DNA from: Azolla caroliniana
Taxonomy: Eukaryota > Plantae > Polypodiophyta
DNA: 64,000 bases
Assembly (NCBI GenBank): GCA_043228905.1
Contig: JBHGNT010000012.1
Span: 12,276,001 to 12,340,000 of the forward strand
Reading direction: 5' to 3'
Shown in pieces: positions 47,085 through 61,136 of this stretch. The notes under the pieces are model-generated. The model searched no databases and was not told where the DNA came from. It worked only from the letters and a program-made list of their open reading frames with translations. Position numbers and translations under genes: made by a program. Each line of letters begins with the position of its first letter. The first letter of the stretch is position 1.

Positions 47085-49276
47085 AGGCTGGACGGGTTTT
47101 CTCCATCCCAACTCAATTTGGCGCATGCCGGTGGATGCGCGGTTAGGTGGGGGCGGATGTCGTGAAGAAAACCGTCCACAAGCGGAATCGGTGCACCGGA
47201 GCGTAGGAACCGGCTCTTCATGCACGTACGCCTTATGTTGTACATAGAAGATCCTAGGTAGGTAGATTCGGTAGGTAGGAAGTTAATGGGAAACGGCGCC
47301 TTCCTTGCCTATAAAAGGAGGGAGACGAGGAGGGGGGAAGGGATCGCGGTTAGAGAGGACGAAGTGCTGTCGGGTTGTCGGCGAAAGGCTTCTCTCTCTT
47401 TCAAAACTCCATAGCTTCTTTCTGTGTAGATTTCGGGAGGCTCGCGCTGCTCTAAGGAATGCCCGAGTGCTTCCGGCAGCACCTCCAACCTACTCCTTTC
47501 TTTCTGTGCGTTTACGAACAGGCATCGGCATCTGTTCGCCGGCCTGTTCGGTTGTAACCGACTTCGTGCTTCTTGTTGTTTGTCCTTGTTAATATATATA
47601 TACATACATTCGTGTCTCTCTGCGTCGGTGTCCCACTCGCGTCTTTGTGTCGAGGGCCGTGTCCCTGAGAATCTGCGCTCGCACGTAGTGGGTCTCTTCC
47701 CTTCTCCTTTCTCTCTTGCTTTTCGGTGCAAGACCCCCAAGGTCCCGCCTCATTTCACGCATCCGCGAGGAATACCTCGACAACGTGGAGGTACAAGGTT
47801 TGAATCTTTCCCTATGCATGTAATAAATATTTTTAATATTTTATTTTATTTATTATACTTACTTTAAATCGGATATAGTATTTTACATATTTCACGTAGT
47901 GTGTGATTCACACTACGACACCATGGTTTTTCCCGTTTAGGGTTTTCCACGTTAATCCTGTGCATTCCCTTTTGTCTGTGTACTTACTTCCATTTCTTAT
48001 CTTTCTGTGTTTGATTATCATTGAAGTGATCGAAGTCTTGGTTGTGACCGAAGATTATTCCGCATAGTTCCTATCAATCTGGTATAAGAGAAAAACAACA
48101 CAAAAAATGGAAGATTCATTTGGCGGCATGTTCAAGCTCGCTGGCTCCAACTACTCAGTGTGGAAGTCGAAGATGAGGGACATGCTCGTGGTTAAAGATC
48201 TTTGGTTGCCAGTTCAGTTTGGGGACAAGGGACCGGACAAGATCAATACCACGATATGGGAGGTGATGCACATGAAGACAATGGCGTACATACGGTGCTT
48301 CATCGACATGAGCCTGTACAACAACTTCAATGAAGAGAGCAAGGCTCATGAGCTCTGGGAGAAGATCAACATTATGTTTCAGAACAAAAATGTTGTTAAT
48401 CAGGTTTGGTATTTCGGAAGCTAATGAGGCTCCGGTACCAAGACAACTCTAGTATGGCGGAGCACATGAATGCCTTCCAGGGGCTGATTCACCAGGCAAC
48501 CTTGTTGGAAGTAAATCTCACCGATGAGGTACTTGCTCTACTCCTGCTCGGTTCCCTCCCGGATAGCTGGGAGACGCTAGTTGTCACTTTGGGCAACGAC
48601 GAACTGGAAGGAAAACAGTTATCCCTAGCAAGAGTCAAGTCGAGCTTGCTAGATGAGGAAGCGCGTCGGAAAGACAATGATATGAGTTCCAACTCCAAAG
48701 TGCTCCTTACCAAATTGGAACACGGAAGACAAAGGAACCGGAGTCCCCAAAACCGGGAAATGTCGGGGACATGGTCAAAGTCAAGGGGAAGGCCCAATTG
48801 CTTCTACTATGGGAAGCCGGGGCACTTCTAGAAGAACTGTCGGCATTTCCGAAAAGACAAGGAAACCGACAGTACCAATTCGAAGCAGTCACCGGACCGG
48901 AACGGTAAAGACCGGAGGGGACCAGACCGGAAGGGAATGACAACAATCACGGCAAGTGAAGAGGAGTTGATGCTCATCACCGAGGAGAGTGAGTTGAACC
49001 TTGCCGGCGACAAGACAACATGGGTTGTCGATTCCGGAGCATCGTTCCACCTGACCCCGGACCGGAAATGCTTCTCATCCTACACAGCCGGTGAGCACAG
49101 CTATGTCCGGATGGGGAATGAAGGTACATGCCGAATCGTCGACACAGGAGACGTGTGGCTGACAACACCAACCGGATGCAAGTTGTTGTTGAAGGATGTC
49201 TGACATGTTCCGGAGGTTCGACTAGTCCTAATATCAGCCGATAGGCTAGACGATGAAGGCTACACGGGTAGAATCC

Positions 49277-52200
49277 TGTTGAGAGACAAGCTCAACATCG
49301 GCCGGATCGGCTGAAGAAGCCGAGGACCAAATCGGTTGGGACCGATCGGTTAGGCCGAATGCGTAGTTAGGGCCGGATCGGTGCGTAAACCGGGACACTG
49401 TTAGGAAAGATATTCCGTGAGGAATATAATTGGGAGTTAGTGTAGGAGCTCTTAATGAGCATTGAAGTACTGTCAGTACTCTTGTCAGTCCTTCTAGGAC
49501 TTGTATAAAAGTGTTCATTGAACACACATATGTAAGGGATAGTGAATAGATATTGTGTACTGTTCTTGAATATAGTTCTTGTGCTTTTCTCTCTCTCTCA
49601 CTCTCTCTGTCTCTCCCGAGTATACTGCGTAAGCTCAAGCTCTCCATTAAACCTGAGTTTTCTTCCTTCTGTTCGGTCTTCATACTTGCTTCCGCACGCT
49701 ACTTTCTACATGGTATCAAAGCGCGAGGGTTGAGAACCTCTCTGCAGCCGACACAGCTTGACGAAGAAGAACAAAAAAAACCATGGATAGAGGCATGGCG
49801 AGCTCGCTTCCAACAGAGAAGCTCGACAGAACCAACTATGCGTCTTGGTCCTACAAGATGCACCAGTACCTGCTCGGGCACGGCTACTGGAGTTATGTCG
49901 AAGGAGCTAATGACACGGCACCCAAATCGACACACAGAGACTTCCCGTCGTGGGAGCAATCGGCGAGCAGGGTATTATACTGCTTCGCGTCGTGTGTGGG
50001 CGAACAGCTATTGAGCTATGTTCGGGATGCAAAGACGATGAAGGGTGCGTGGGAAAATCTGAAGAAGATCTTCGCCGCGAGCACCACTGCAAGGAAGCTT
50101 CAGCTCCGACAGGAGTTGAGCAACCTACGACAACGCAACTTGTCGGTGGCGGACTATACCTCAAAGATCAAGGATATCTGCGACTCCCTCACCTCCATAG
50201 AGGTGAACATCGAGGAGAGCGAGATGGTCCAGATCTGTCTCGGAGGTTTGGAGTCGAAGTTCGGAGCGTTCCGAACGGTTGTGTGTACCCGGGAGAATAT
50301 GCCGTCCTTTTTCGACTTACAGTCAATGCTCCTGGTAGAGGAGAACCACGCGGGTGTGTCTACAAGCACACACACCGACAGCAGAATGCTGTACACGGAG
50401 GGAGATAGGCCCCGTGGACGTGGAGGACGAGCCGAGTCAGCACGCAATGGAGGCGGCCGACGAGATGAAGGAAGAAAACACCGAAGTGATGCCGACAGCA
50501 ACTCCGGACCCTCCGGAAACAAGGGGAGTCGAAGCGATGAGAACCGGCAAGGGAAGGCCATCACAGAGTGCTGGTACTGTGGCAAGAAAGGCCACAGGGA
50601 AAGCGAATGCTGGAAGAAGCACGCCGATTCGAAGAGAACAGGTTCCGGAAACGGCTTCAAACATACCGACAAGGGAAATCGGCAGCGATCGCACTACACC
50701 GAAGACTCCGAGAGAGCCGGAGAAGGGTCTGCCTTCGTGACGAGACACAAAGCAAGCTCAATGAAACAAACCACCCCGAGATCGGACGAGGTGTGGTACG
50801 TAGACTCCGGCGCGTCAAACCACATGACGAACCATAAGGAGTGATCCTCGTACCTTGAAAAACCGATACAACCTGGAGTGGTTGCAACTGGAGACGACAC
50901 TCCGCATCCGATCGCGAATGTCAGAGAAGTTCCCCTTAGCCATGTCGGGCAGAAAGGGAAACTCATGAACGTGTTGCACGTTCCGACAATCAGGAAGAAC
51001 TTGGTCTCGGTCGGACTGATCGTCGACCAAGGGATGGAGGTTCGGTTTACACACCTCGGGTGCTTCATTGAGGAAGAAGGCCGTGTGATTGCGCAAGGGC
51101 ACAGAGATGGGAGGATGTTCATCCTCGACTCCACTGACGGCGGCACCGCAATGTTCGCGAAGGGACGAAAATCCGAGTCGGACATCGACTTGTGGCACAA
51201 GCGGATAGGGCACGTCAACTACCAGCGGCTTCAAGATCTGCAATCGAAACAGGTAGTGTTCGGATTGCCCAAATTTAGTGGCCGAAACGCACAAATTTGT
51301 GAAGCCTGCCAGTCGGGAAGCAACACCGACTTCCTTTCCCCAACGAGCGAAACCAGAGCCGGAACAAGCTCGACCTTATACACTCCGATGTGTGGGGGCT
51401 GGCACAAAACGTTAGTCTTGGCGGGAGCCGATATTTCGTCTCCTTCATCGACGACCACACACGGCACATGTGCATCTACCTCATTGAAAGGAAGAGTGAA
51501 GTCTTCGACTGTTTCCGGGACCTCAAAGGGTTTGTGGAAACGGAAACGAGACGAAAGATCAAGTGCCTGCGGTCGGATGGCAGGAAAGAGTACTTTTCTG
51601 GTCAATTCAACGGTTATCTACAACAAATGGGAATTCGGTCCAAATTCAGTTGTAGATACACGCCGGAGAAGAACGGCGTGGCCGAGAGGAAGAATCGGTC
51701 AGTTGTGGAAGCGGCACGGGCAATGCTGGAGGAGAAGAGCTTGCCCAAGTTCTACTGGGCCGAGGCGGTAACAACCGCAGTATACATCCAGAACCGGATC
51801 GAAGACAAAGTGTCGGTGCACGAGCTATATTTCGGAACGAAGCCGAACTTGCGACACTTGAGGGTGTTCGGTAGCACTGCGTATGTGCATGTACCGAAGG
51901 AGAAAAGGAGAAAGTTGGACGCAAAGGCCGAGAAATGCATCTTCGTCGGTTCCTCAGACAAGCAGAAGGGTTATAAGTGTTATAACCCTCGCACCAAACA
52001 AGCGCGTGTTAGCCGTTGTGTTTGACGAGTTCGCGTCTTGGTACCAGCCCCCGACTACGAACCCCGACTCCAATCCGAGCTCTGACGATGAGGTCAACGA
52101 GGTCAAGATGCCTCCGGATGAGCCCGAAATCGAGACCCGCGAAGAGAGTCCGATTTCACTCCATTTAAGCGGACCAATTGGACGACTGAGTCGGTACGAC

Positions 52201-55036
52201 CAGTCCGATGAAGAGCCGGCGAGTAGTGGAGACTCGGCCATGCATTCCCCGGGCAGGAAGCCGAGGAGATGGCTTACTCGCAAAGAGAAAGGGAAGAAGA
52301 AGGTGTCGGATTCCGGCACGGATAGGAACAAGTCAGACCGACGTGAGTCCGACTCCAAGGGAACCAGTGACGGGTCTTTAAAGGTGAAGTCCGCGTCGAC
52401 CGAGAAGGCCTCGACATCGGCTAATGCAAGATTACGCCGATCTACCCGCCAGAAGAATCCTGTTTTGCAGTTCGGATACAACGAGTACATGGCGCATCAT
52501 TATGCGTACATGACCCGTGTAGCGGAAGTGCGTGAGCCGGAGAGCTACGCAGAAGCGGCTAAAGACGCGAATTGGCGTGCCGCGATGGAGGAAGAGATGC
52601 ACGCATTGGTGGAGAACGAGACCTGGGACCTGGTTGACGCACCAACAGGGGTAAAACCGATCGGGTGTAGGTGGGTGTACAAGGTCAAGTACAACACCAA
52701 TGGCTCTGTCAACCGGTACAAGGCTCGGCTAGTGGCAAAGGGCTACGCGCAAAAACACGGCATCGACTACGATGAGACGTTTGCGCCGGTCGCGAAAATG
52801 ACGACCGTCCGTGTTTTGCTCGCAGTAGCTACGGCGAAGGGGTGGCACTTACATCAGATGGATGTAAAGAATGCGTTCCTGCAAGGTGACCTTGAGGAAT
52901 AGGTGTACATGGTACAGCCCCCCGGATTTCACTCCGGAACGAACTCCTCGGCAGTATGCCGACTGAAGAAGTCCCTTTACGGACTGAAGCAAGCCCCGCG
53001 TGCCTGGAACGCGAAGATCACGCAACAACTGCATCGGATGGGCTTCGTCACGACAAAATCGGACTCTTCCCTGTTCATCCGGAAAGGTCGACTCGGACCG
53101 GTTAGTATTTTACTGTATGTTGATGACTTGGTCATCACCAGCGCCGACCTAGGTGAAATCGACTGCGTGAAGCTTCAGCTTGCGGCATCGTTCGACCTGA
53201 AGGATCTGGGGGACCTTCATTACTTCCTCGGGATCGAAGTGATCCGTACCCCCGAAGGCATATTGATCAGCCAACGTCATTACGTGCTGGGTATGCTCTT
53301 CAAATTCGGGATGGCTGACTGTAAGTCCGTCTCGACTCCTCTGGACAGAACCGTCAAGCTTCGTCCCGATACGGGAAAGGTATGCGACCCGACGAGGTTC
53401 CGACAAATTGTCGGAAGCCTCATATACTTGACCATCACCCGACCCGACCTCAGTTATCCGGTCGGGGTGATCAGTCAGTTCATGGCGCAACCTACCAAGG
53501 GGCACCTTCAGTGTGCGCGACGCATACTTCGGTATGTCAACGGCACTGAGGACCGGGGACTGCTATATCGGACCGGTGCAGTCGCGCAATTAGTCGGCTA
53601 CACCGATGCTGATTGGGCTGGCAACGCTGCCGATCGCCGATCCACGTCTGGATACGCGTTCTCCCTCGGGAGTGCCGCAATCGCATGGAGCAGTAAGAAG
53701 CAGCCGACAGTTGCACTGTCGAGCACCAAAGCTGAGTACCGAGGAGCGGCTGTCACGACATGCGAAGCCATATGGTTGAAGCGGCTACTTACGGACCTGC
53801 AAGAGGAGGTGTCAGATCCGACGACGATCTACTGCGACAACCTCAGCAACATCCAGCTTGCGAAAAACCCCGTTTTCCACGCATGGACCAAGCACATTGA
53901 GGTGCATTACCATTTCATCCGTGAGTGTGTCCTTTCCGGTGAAGTCGAACTTCAGTACGTTCCGACGGATCGGCAGACTGCCGACATCTTCACCAAGCCT
54001 CTTGGTCTGGACAAGTTGCGGCAATTCTCCGGTGCGCTCGGATTGCGTCACCTTGACGTGCCAAACTTGAGGGGGAGAACAATCCCGAACGACCAAGCAA
54101 GGCAGCAGGAAAGGAGCGGAGACCGCGACACCGAGTCGGTTGTCGAGCTTGACTTCGGATCGGCTGAAGAAGCCGAGGGCGGACCCGCGGAAAAGTCCGG
54201 AAGTGGACAGAAGGGGAGTAGCCGAAGGAGAAAGCCGAAGCCAACCACGCATGGGGAAGATGACACCATCGAGGGCGAGAAGACCGAAGACGAGTTGGAG
54301 ACAGCCAACTCGGACGAGAGCGAAAACCGATCGGAGGTAGCCGAGTCGGTTCCGATGTTTGATTCAGATACGCTGAATCAACCGAGGCCAAAGCGGAAAA
54401 ACAGGCAGTAGGAGAAGCGTCAACACCGCAACAGCAGAAGAGCTGATAAGGGCCACATGAGCAGACAAGCCGACCGGAAGGGTCGAAGCGCGCGGAGTCA
54501 AACAGGTCGAGGAGCGCGAGCGAGGCGTGAAGCCAGGAGGAACCGGAGCTGTGAGCCCAAAGATCCCGAAGAGGCTCAAGTTGAGCTTGAGGGGGAGAGT
54601 TGAGAGACAAGCTCAACATCGGCCGGATCGGTTGAAGAAGCCGAGGACTGGATCGGTTGGGACCGATCCGATCGGTTAGGCCGAATGCGTAGTTAGGGCC
54701 GGATCGGTGCGTAAACCGGGAGGCCGTTAGGAAAGATATTCCGTGAGGAATATATTTGGGAGTTAATGTAGGAGCTCTTAATGACCATTGAAGTACTGTC
54801 AGTACTCCTGTCAGTCCTTCTAGTACTTGTATAAAAGTGTTCATTGAACACACATATGTAAGGGATAGTGAATAGAGATTGTGTATTGTTCTTGAATATA
54901 GTTCTTGTGTTTTTCTCTCTCTCTCACTCTCTCTGTCTCTCCCGAGTATACTGCGTAAGCTCAAGCTCTCCATTAAACCTGAGTTTTCTTCCTTCTGTTC
55001 GGTCTTCATACTTGCTTCCGCACGCTACTTTCTACA
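49277..55036 (+). mobile_element. Full-length Ty1/copia element, TSD AATCC/CATCC
   Basis: LTRs 49277-49710 and 54598-55036; iMet PBS TGGTATCAAAGC at 49711; PPT 54587-54597. Confidence 0.95.
49783..54411 (+). pseudogene. Copia gag-PR-integrase-RT-RNase H with two stops and two frameshifts
   Basis: [43 protein letters not shown]. Confidence 0.93.
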
Positions 55037-57873
55037 CATCCGAAAGGGAGTCATGAAGTTCAACAAAGGGAGCCTAATAGTGGCTAGGGTCTAGAAAGTC
55101 AACACACTATACCTGATGAATGCCCGGTTATGCCGGGAAGAAGTGAACGTAGCATTCGACACTGCCAGTGAGCTATGGCACAAGAGACTATGTCACATGA
55201 GCGAGAAGGGGATGAAGAGGCTTGCCGATGACAACCTCATTCCGGTGAAAGACGTGCACCTTGAGAGCTGCACCGACTGCTTGGCCGGTAAGCAAAACCG
55301 GACCTCCTTCCACTCAAGGCCACCGATGAGACGTAATACCAACATACCGATGTGTGTCAAGTGGTCACGAAGTCGCATGCCAGAGCACAGTACTTCGTGT
55401 TGTTCATAGATGACCACAGCCGGAAGTTGTGGCCCACACCGTTGAAGGCGAAGGATCAAGTGTTATCCGTCTTCAAGGAGCTCCATGCGAGAGTGGAAAG
55501 AGAAACGAGCCAGAAGTTGAAGGCGGTTCGAGCAGATAACAGAGGCGAATACCAGGGGCAGTTTGAGGAGTACTGCCGCTTGAAGAGAATCCGGCTCGAA
55601 TTTACCGTGCCGAAGATGCCGGAACTCAGTGGGTTGGCCGAGAGGATGAACCGAACCATAATGGAGAGGGTCCAGTGTATCCTAGCACATGCCAAGTTAC
55701 CCAAGACGTTTTGGGCTGAGGCGCTTACGACAGTGACCTACGTGATAAACAGATCACCCTTAGTACCCTTGGACGGAGACACGCCGCAGAAAGTGTGGAC
55801 CGGTAAGTGTCTTACCAGCATCTGAAGGTGTTCAGGTGTCTCACTTACGTGCATGTTGCAAAGGACTGGAGAGCAAAATTGGATCCAAAGTCCCGGCCTT
55901 GCATATTCCTCGGATACGGCGATGATGAGTTTGGTTACCGAGTGTGGGACCCCGTCGACAAGAAGGTTTTCCGGAGTCGAGATATTATCTTCATGGAGGA
56001 CAGCCAACTGGGAGTCGAAGAAAAAGATAATGAACTCCGAGTCGATCGGTAAGGATCGGTTCGATGAGATTCGGACCTACCCGGCTAAGAGCCGGTTGAC
56101 ACTCGAAAAACCGACCGGTTACGATGAGGATACCGAACCGGCAGAAGAAGAAGAAGAGGAAGCTGAAATCGGAACCGGCCAAGACCCCGAATCGGATTCG
56201 GATGAAGAACAAATAGAGGAGCCGGTTGCCGAAAACCAAAGACGGAGATATCCTCTCAGACAAAGAAGAGCTCCCCGAAGATTTCCGGATGCAGAGCATG
56301 TGTTGCTAACCGATGAGGGGGAGCCGGAAAGCTTCGAAGAAGCGAAGGATGACACCAAGTGGTTGAGTGCCATGCAGGACGACACACACATACGAATTGG
56401 TGGAGTTGCTGAAAAGAAAGAGGGCACTCCAAAACAAGTGGGTGTAAAAGTTTAAACTGGGAGATGCCGGTAACCCCCCGAGATACAAAGCCAGGATCAT
56501 GGTGAAGGGGTTCCAACAGAAGAAGGGCGTGGACTTCGATGAGATATTTGCCCCGGTAGTAAAGATGACTTCCATCCAGACGGTGCTAAGCATAGTGGCA
56601 AGCATGGACCTCGAGGTAGAGCATTTAGACGTGAAGACGGCGTTCCTCCATGGCGACCTCGAAGAGGAGATCTACATGCAGCAATTGGCGGGATTTGTGA
56701 AGAAAGGGAAGGAGTATCTGGTTTTCCAGCTGAAGAAGAGCCTCTACGGTTTGAAGCAGGCTCCCCGACAATGGTATCGAAAGTTCGACTCCTTCATGAT
56801 CGATCAAGGGTACCACAAGATTCAGGCCGATCATTGCGTATTTGTGAACATGTTCGAAGGTGGAGACTTCCTGATACTCCTCCTGTACGTGGACAACATG
56901 TTGATCATCGGACAGGACCAAGCGAAGATTCGGATGCTGAAGAAGGCCCTTAACCGGACCTTCTCAATGAAAGACTTGGGTCCGGCAAGACAAATATTGG
57001 GGATGCATATCATCCGGGACTCGTCGAAGAAGCAATTGTGGCTGTCACATGAGAAGTTCGTGACAAAGGTGCTTTAGCGGTTCAACATGTCAAAAGCAAA
57101 ACCGGTCGGATCGACACTCCCGACAAACTGTAGGTTATCCGGTAAGCAAAGCCCGAAGACGAAAGCAGAGAAGGCGGATATGATGAAGATACCATATGCC
57201 TCTGCCGTCGAGAGCTTAATGTACGCAATGGTGTGTACCCGACCGGATATCGGATACGCAGTCGGAGTGGTGAGCCGGTTTATGAGCAATCCCGGCAAGG
57301 AGCATTGGAATGTGGTAAAATGGATACTCCGGTATCTAAAGGGCACTTTGAGAATGTGCCTCCAATTCGGCTCAAGTAAACCCCAACTTGACGGATTCAT
57401 GGATTCGGACATGTCGGCCGATGCGGATACCAGCTGGTCAACATCCGGATATGTCATGACATATGCAGGGGGAGTTGTTTCGTGGCAGTCGAGGCTGCAA
57501 AAGACGGTTGCATTGTCAACCACAAAAGCGGACTACATGGCGGCTGTGGAAGCCGGCAAGGAAATACTATGGATGAAGGACTTCATCGGAGAGCTAGGGA
57601 TCCGACAAGAGGAATATCGGCTCTACTGTGACAGTCAGAGTGCTATCCACCTTGCAAAGAACGTTGCCTATCATTCCAGGACAAAGCACATCCAGCGTAG
57701 GTACCACTGGATCCAGTAGCGAGTAGAAGATCGGGAGTTTGTGCTAACGAAAATCCACACAGAGGAGAACGGGTCCGATATGCTGACCAAAGTGATGAAA
57801 CCCGACAAGTTGGACGCATGTCGGAAGCGATTTGGACTAACCAGACATCCCATGCCGGAGTGAAGGGGGAGTT

Positions 57874-58402
57874 TGTTAGGATTTCGGTCCCTCCGGATGG
57901 GATGATGAAGGCCCGATGAGAGCCTCTTACCGGATGAAGTGACATATATGTAATTATGTTTCTGAGATCCCATTGGAGCTATATCTATAAATAGTCCTAA
58001 AGTCATATTAGTATAAATATGACTTAGGGCAAACATGTTTTGTGTGTTGTCATTATTTTGTATAGAGTTATTGGTGTAACTACTGTACAAAGTGTAGTAG
58101 AGGAAAGAGAGAAAGAGAGAGACAGAGATAGAGCGAGTCTTTGTTGTAACCGCCGCTAGGCAAAGCATGTGAGCACGATGTCGTTGCCTCTGTGTTCCCC
58201 TGTTGTATTCTCCTTGCATAGTGAGAGTTGGAGTTTGGGGACTCCCATGGTTTTTCCCGTTTAGGATTTTCCACGTTAACATCCTGTGCATTCTCTTCTG
58301 TCTGTGTACTTACTTCCATTTCTTATCTTTTTGTGTTTGATTATCATTGAAGTGATCTAAGTCTCGGTTGTGACCGAAGATTATTCCACATAGTTCCTGT
58401 CA
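57874..58402 (+). repeat. 3' LTR (529 bp) of the Tork-like copia element
   Basis: TGTTAGGA...TCCTGTCA; matches the three pieces of the 5' LTR. Confidence 0.93.
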
Positions 58403-58717
58403 GTTTGCATAATATATTCTTTACTATCTCATTAAAATATCTAATATTAATGGGCTTATGTAAAAAAGAATTCCAGCATAATTGATAATACCCTTATGTA
58501 AATATATTTTCAAATCTTTATTAATACCCTTATATATATATATTCTGTATCTCACTAATTAATTAAAACCCCTTTTGATGAACTCACGTGCTATCATACA
58601 AGTTTTGACAATGAAGCCCCCGGGCGGATACTGATCCGGTTCTTTGATCCGAACTCCGATCCGGTGTTGGCTTATTCAATCGATCCGGATCCGGTTGAGC
58701 TTGTCCGCTCAACAAAA

Positions 58718-58950
58718 GGGTTGCCAAATACATTCTTAAAGTCCAAAAATGCTACTCACATTGATTTTCTAGAATTGGTATCAGATGCAAGAAAAAAATT
58801 CAAGAGACACACCCAAACAATTTTTTTGTTCCAGTTGGATACAAGATATCGAACACTAGCTTGGAAGATAAGATGCAATACACTCGCTTCATGATGCTTC
58901 AACAAATTCCTACATGAATGAGGCGTTTTTGTCACCCCAATCCAATGAGT
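58718..58950 (+). pseudogene. Non-LTR retrotransposon RT C-terminal fragment
   Basis: RVAKYILKVQKC...WIQDIEH is homologous, in inverted orientation, to ~61900-62100. Confidence 0.6.
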
Positions 58951-58959
58951 TATTGAGTT

Positions 58960-60600
58960 GACCAATTCCAGCAGAACTTGAGATTTAGCATGAATAGGAG
59001 TTGAGTGGATATTGTCGATGGTGGAAAAAAAACCTCTTGTGCTTTTATCACCAAAGTCATCCCTTCCTCCTGATGTTCGTACCTATCAACTGGAGCCTGC
59101 CATGATAACCAACATACATTTCCCCATTTCATTGTGCCTTCAACCTAGCATAATTGCAATAGGCGTCCAACAGCATGCCATATTCGATGGGTCTCTGGGC
59201 AATTCCACAAAGCGTATCCGATTGATTCTTCTGCATTTGAGCACACTACACAATTAGGAGAGCTAAGGTTCCCAAGCTCCTATGCTCCAACTAGTAGTGA
59301 CTTAGGTATTAATAACCACTGGAACGTGGTAATTCGCCTAGCATGTTGTTGTTTCCATATTTTTTGCCAAAGCATAGTGATCATTTTATGAGGAACATGA
59401 TATGTGTGTCATACCTTTGCAGCAGTCGATTGTCAGGTGGTCTAAGCGGCTAGAATGTGGCGACCCAATCTAGTCATGAATTGGAAGAAAGAGATGGCTT
59501 TGCTTCCTTGACCCGCATTGTTAGAGCTAGATCCTAATGGAAGCATATGATAAGGAAATATAATGTAAAAGAGAGGAGAGAGAGAAAGAAGGGTGTCGAT
59601 CCACCCAACCACCCCCGAGCGAAGGGATCGAGACAGACTCGAGCCTTGATCAGCGTCCCATACCACCGTCATGGCATTGGGTCGTACATGGAACTGGCGC
59701 GCTCGTTTCAAGAGTTGATCACCACAAGGACAGAGTCTCGACTTAATCGATAATGTGTCAAATGAGGATAGCTACACCTCATATTTATAGCCAGACCTAA
59801 GGCCCCTAGGCAAGTTCACACTTGGCCTTAATGGGTTGTCTCAATCAAGGATTAAAAGTAATCATTCCCAGCTTAACCCTCATACTTTATCCACGTGTAT
59901 AGAATGCTACAGTACAATCTTACCACTGGATATTATATGGTCATGCCTCTAACATGCATAAGGATCCGCACCATGTTCATTGCAAAGGGTCCCAAAGAGT
60001 GTCATTTTTGTTGTACTTTGATCGGATCAGGATCTACAATCCATTTATGACCAGTATACACGGGTTCTCGAATTGTCATATTCAATGTTGGTGTCTCATT
60101 GTCTCGCAATTCATGGCCTTCGATCTTGTCTAGTGTTTCCCTACCTCTTGGGTTCAAAGAGCCCTCCTTGTGATTAACAACTTCCCTAAGAAATAGAGCG
60201 TTAATAATTTCAAATCTCATAGTCAATCTGCCCCTGATTCCTTGGAGTATGTTGGATTGATCTTGTATTGTCAATGACATAAACCGTCTCCAACATTCTA
60301 TACTCTTTTTGCAATGCATCCCCATGATAACCCCTTACTTGATCCAATTAGTTTACCAGAGTCATCTTTGATACATGGGTTCCGTAGAATGCTTTGACTG
60401 AGCCAAGCACATTCGAAATTAGGTTGATCTCATTTGAGCCCTCATCTTATGTCACACACCTTCTTCCACATGGATGCAATAAATCTATCCTCCAATTGGC
60501 GTGAGAAACTTGGTTTGACCTAAGTATCACACTTTGATCACATTCGACTAAGCTTTCCACACATTAACGAACAAACCCAATCTTTGTGAAAATTTCTACC
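58960..60600 (-). mobile_element. Old L1-type LINE 3' remnant (zf-RVT region) interrupted by a solo LTR
   Basis: KIWKQ...RITTFQWLL...CVVC...EESIGYALWNC...RIW read across frameshifts; upstream limit approximate. Confidence 0.6.
59519..59954 (-). repeat. Chromovirus solo LTR, TSD CGCAT/TGCAT
   Basis: Homologous to 26809-27263; TGTTAGAG...CTCTAACA; no PBS or PPT in the flanks. Confidence 0.9.
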
Positions 60601-61136
60601 ATAGTCATAGTGTATGCCCTCAATTGTTATATTCATTATTAACGTTCTTGAACACTAAGAGTGGTCATTCACGAATCACAATCACATGTATTATTCTTTG
60701 TTTCATTGGTCATATTTGACCTCTCTATTAAGAAAATCTCTCTCTCTCTCTCTTTCTCATCTTTATTATACCATACATCATGGCTACTAAAGTACATATC
60801 ACATAAATGTATTGAACTAATGACCTTACAATATCCAAGAGGTTGATTTACGCAACCATCTCATGTGTGGCCAACCTCTGTTTACACGTAAATACATTTG
60901 CTTGAAAATTTTATGTGTGTATGCAATTCCATACACTTTAATGGTCTTTACTTTTTAAGTTTATTAAAGTTGTACTAGGTGAAAAGTTATAATCATGTAA
61001 GGGCAAAATTATCTATGAATTATCTTAAAATAAGATACCATATTTTACACAAAAGTAATTAAGGATTAAAATTGGTACAAATTGTGTCATTATAAATTTG
61101 ACAATGCAAATGTGAAAACTCATATCACAATGTATG

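Larger units (their letters stand above)
41437..47782 (+). mobile_element. Near full-length Phygy-like Ty3/gypsy element, TSD ACGT
   Basis: 625-bp LTRs 41437-42061 and 47158-47782; Trp PBS 42065-42077; gag-PR-RT-RNase H-integrase order; PPT ~47143-47157. Confidence 0.96.
40841..47920 (-). repeat. Phygy-like solo LTR (pieces 40841-41436 and 47783-47920), TSD CCGT/CCAT
   Basis: Homologous to 18291-19035; the host copia LTR is continuous across it (compare 58243-58255). Confidence 0.9.
48107..57863 (+). pseudogene. Copia gag-pol of the 37011-58402 element, interrupted by 49277-55036
   Basis: NYSVWKSKMRDML, WVVDSGASFH, LWHKRLCH, DVKTAFLHG, YGLKQAPRQW, YVDNM, RTKHIQRRYHW. Confidence 0.92.
37011..58402 (+). 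mobile_element. Full-length Ty1/copia element (Tork/Tto1-like), TSD GTTTG, carrying four nested insertions
   Basis: 5' LTR 37011-48076 in three pieces; degenerate iMet PBS ~48080-48091; PPT ~57858-57873; 3' LTR 57874-58402; GTTTG on both flanks. Confidence 0.94.

Noticed and set aside
58618-58712. GATCCG-rich imperfect inverted repeat, possible MITE
   Set aside because: No clear terminal inverted repeats, TSD or second copy.
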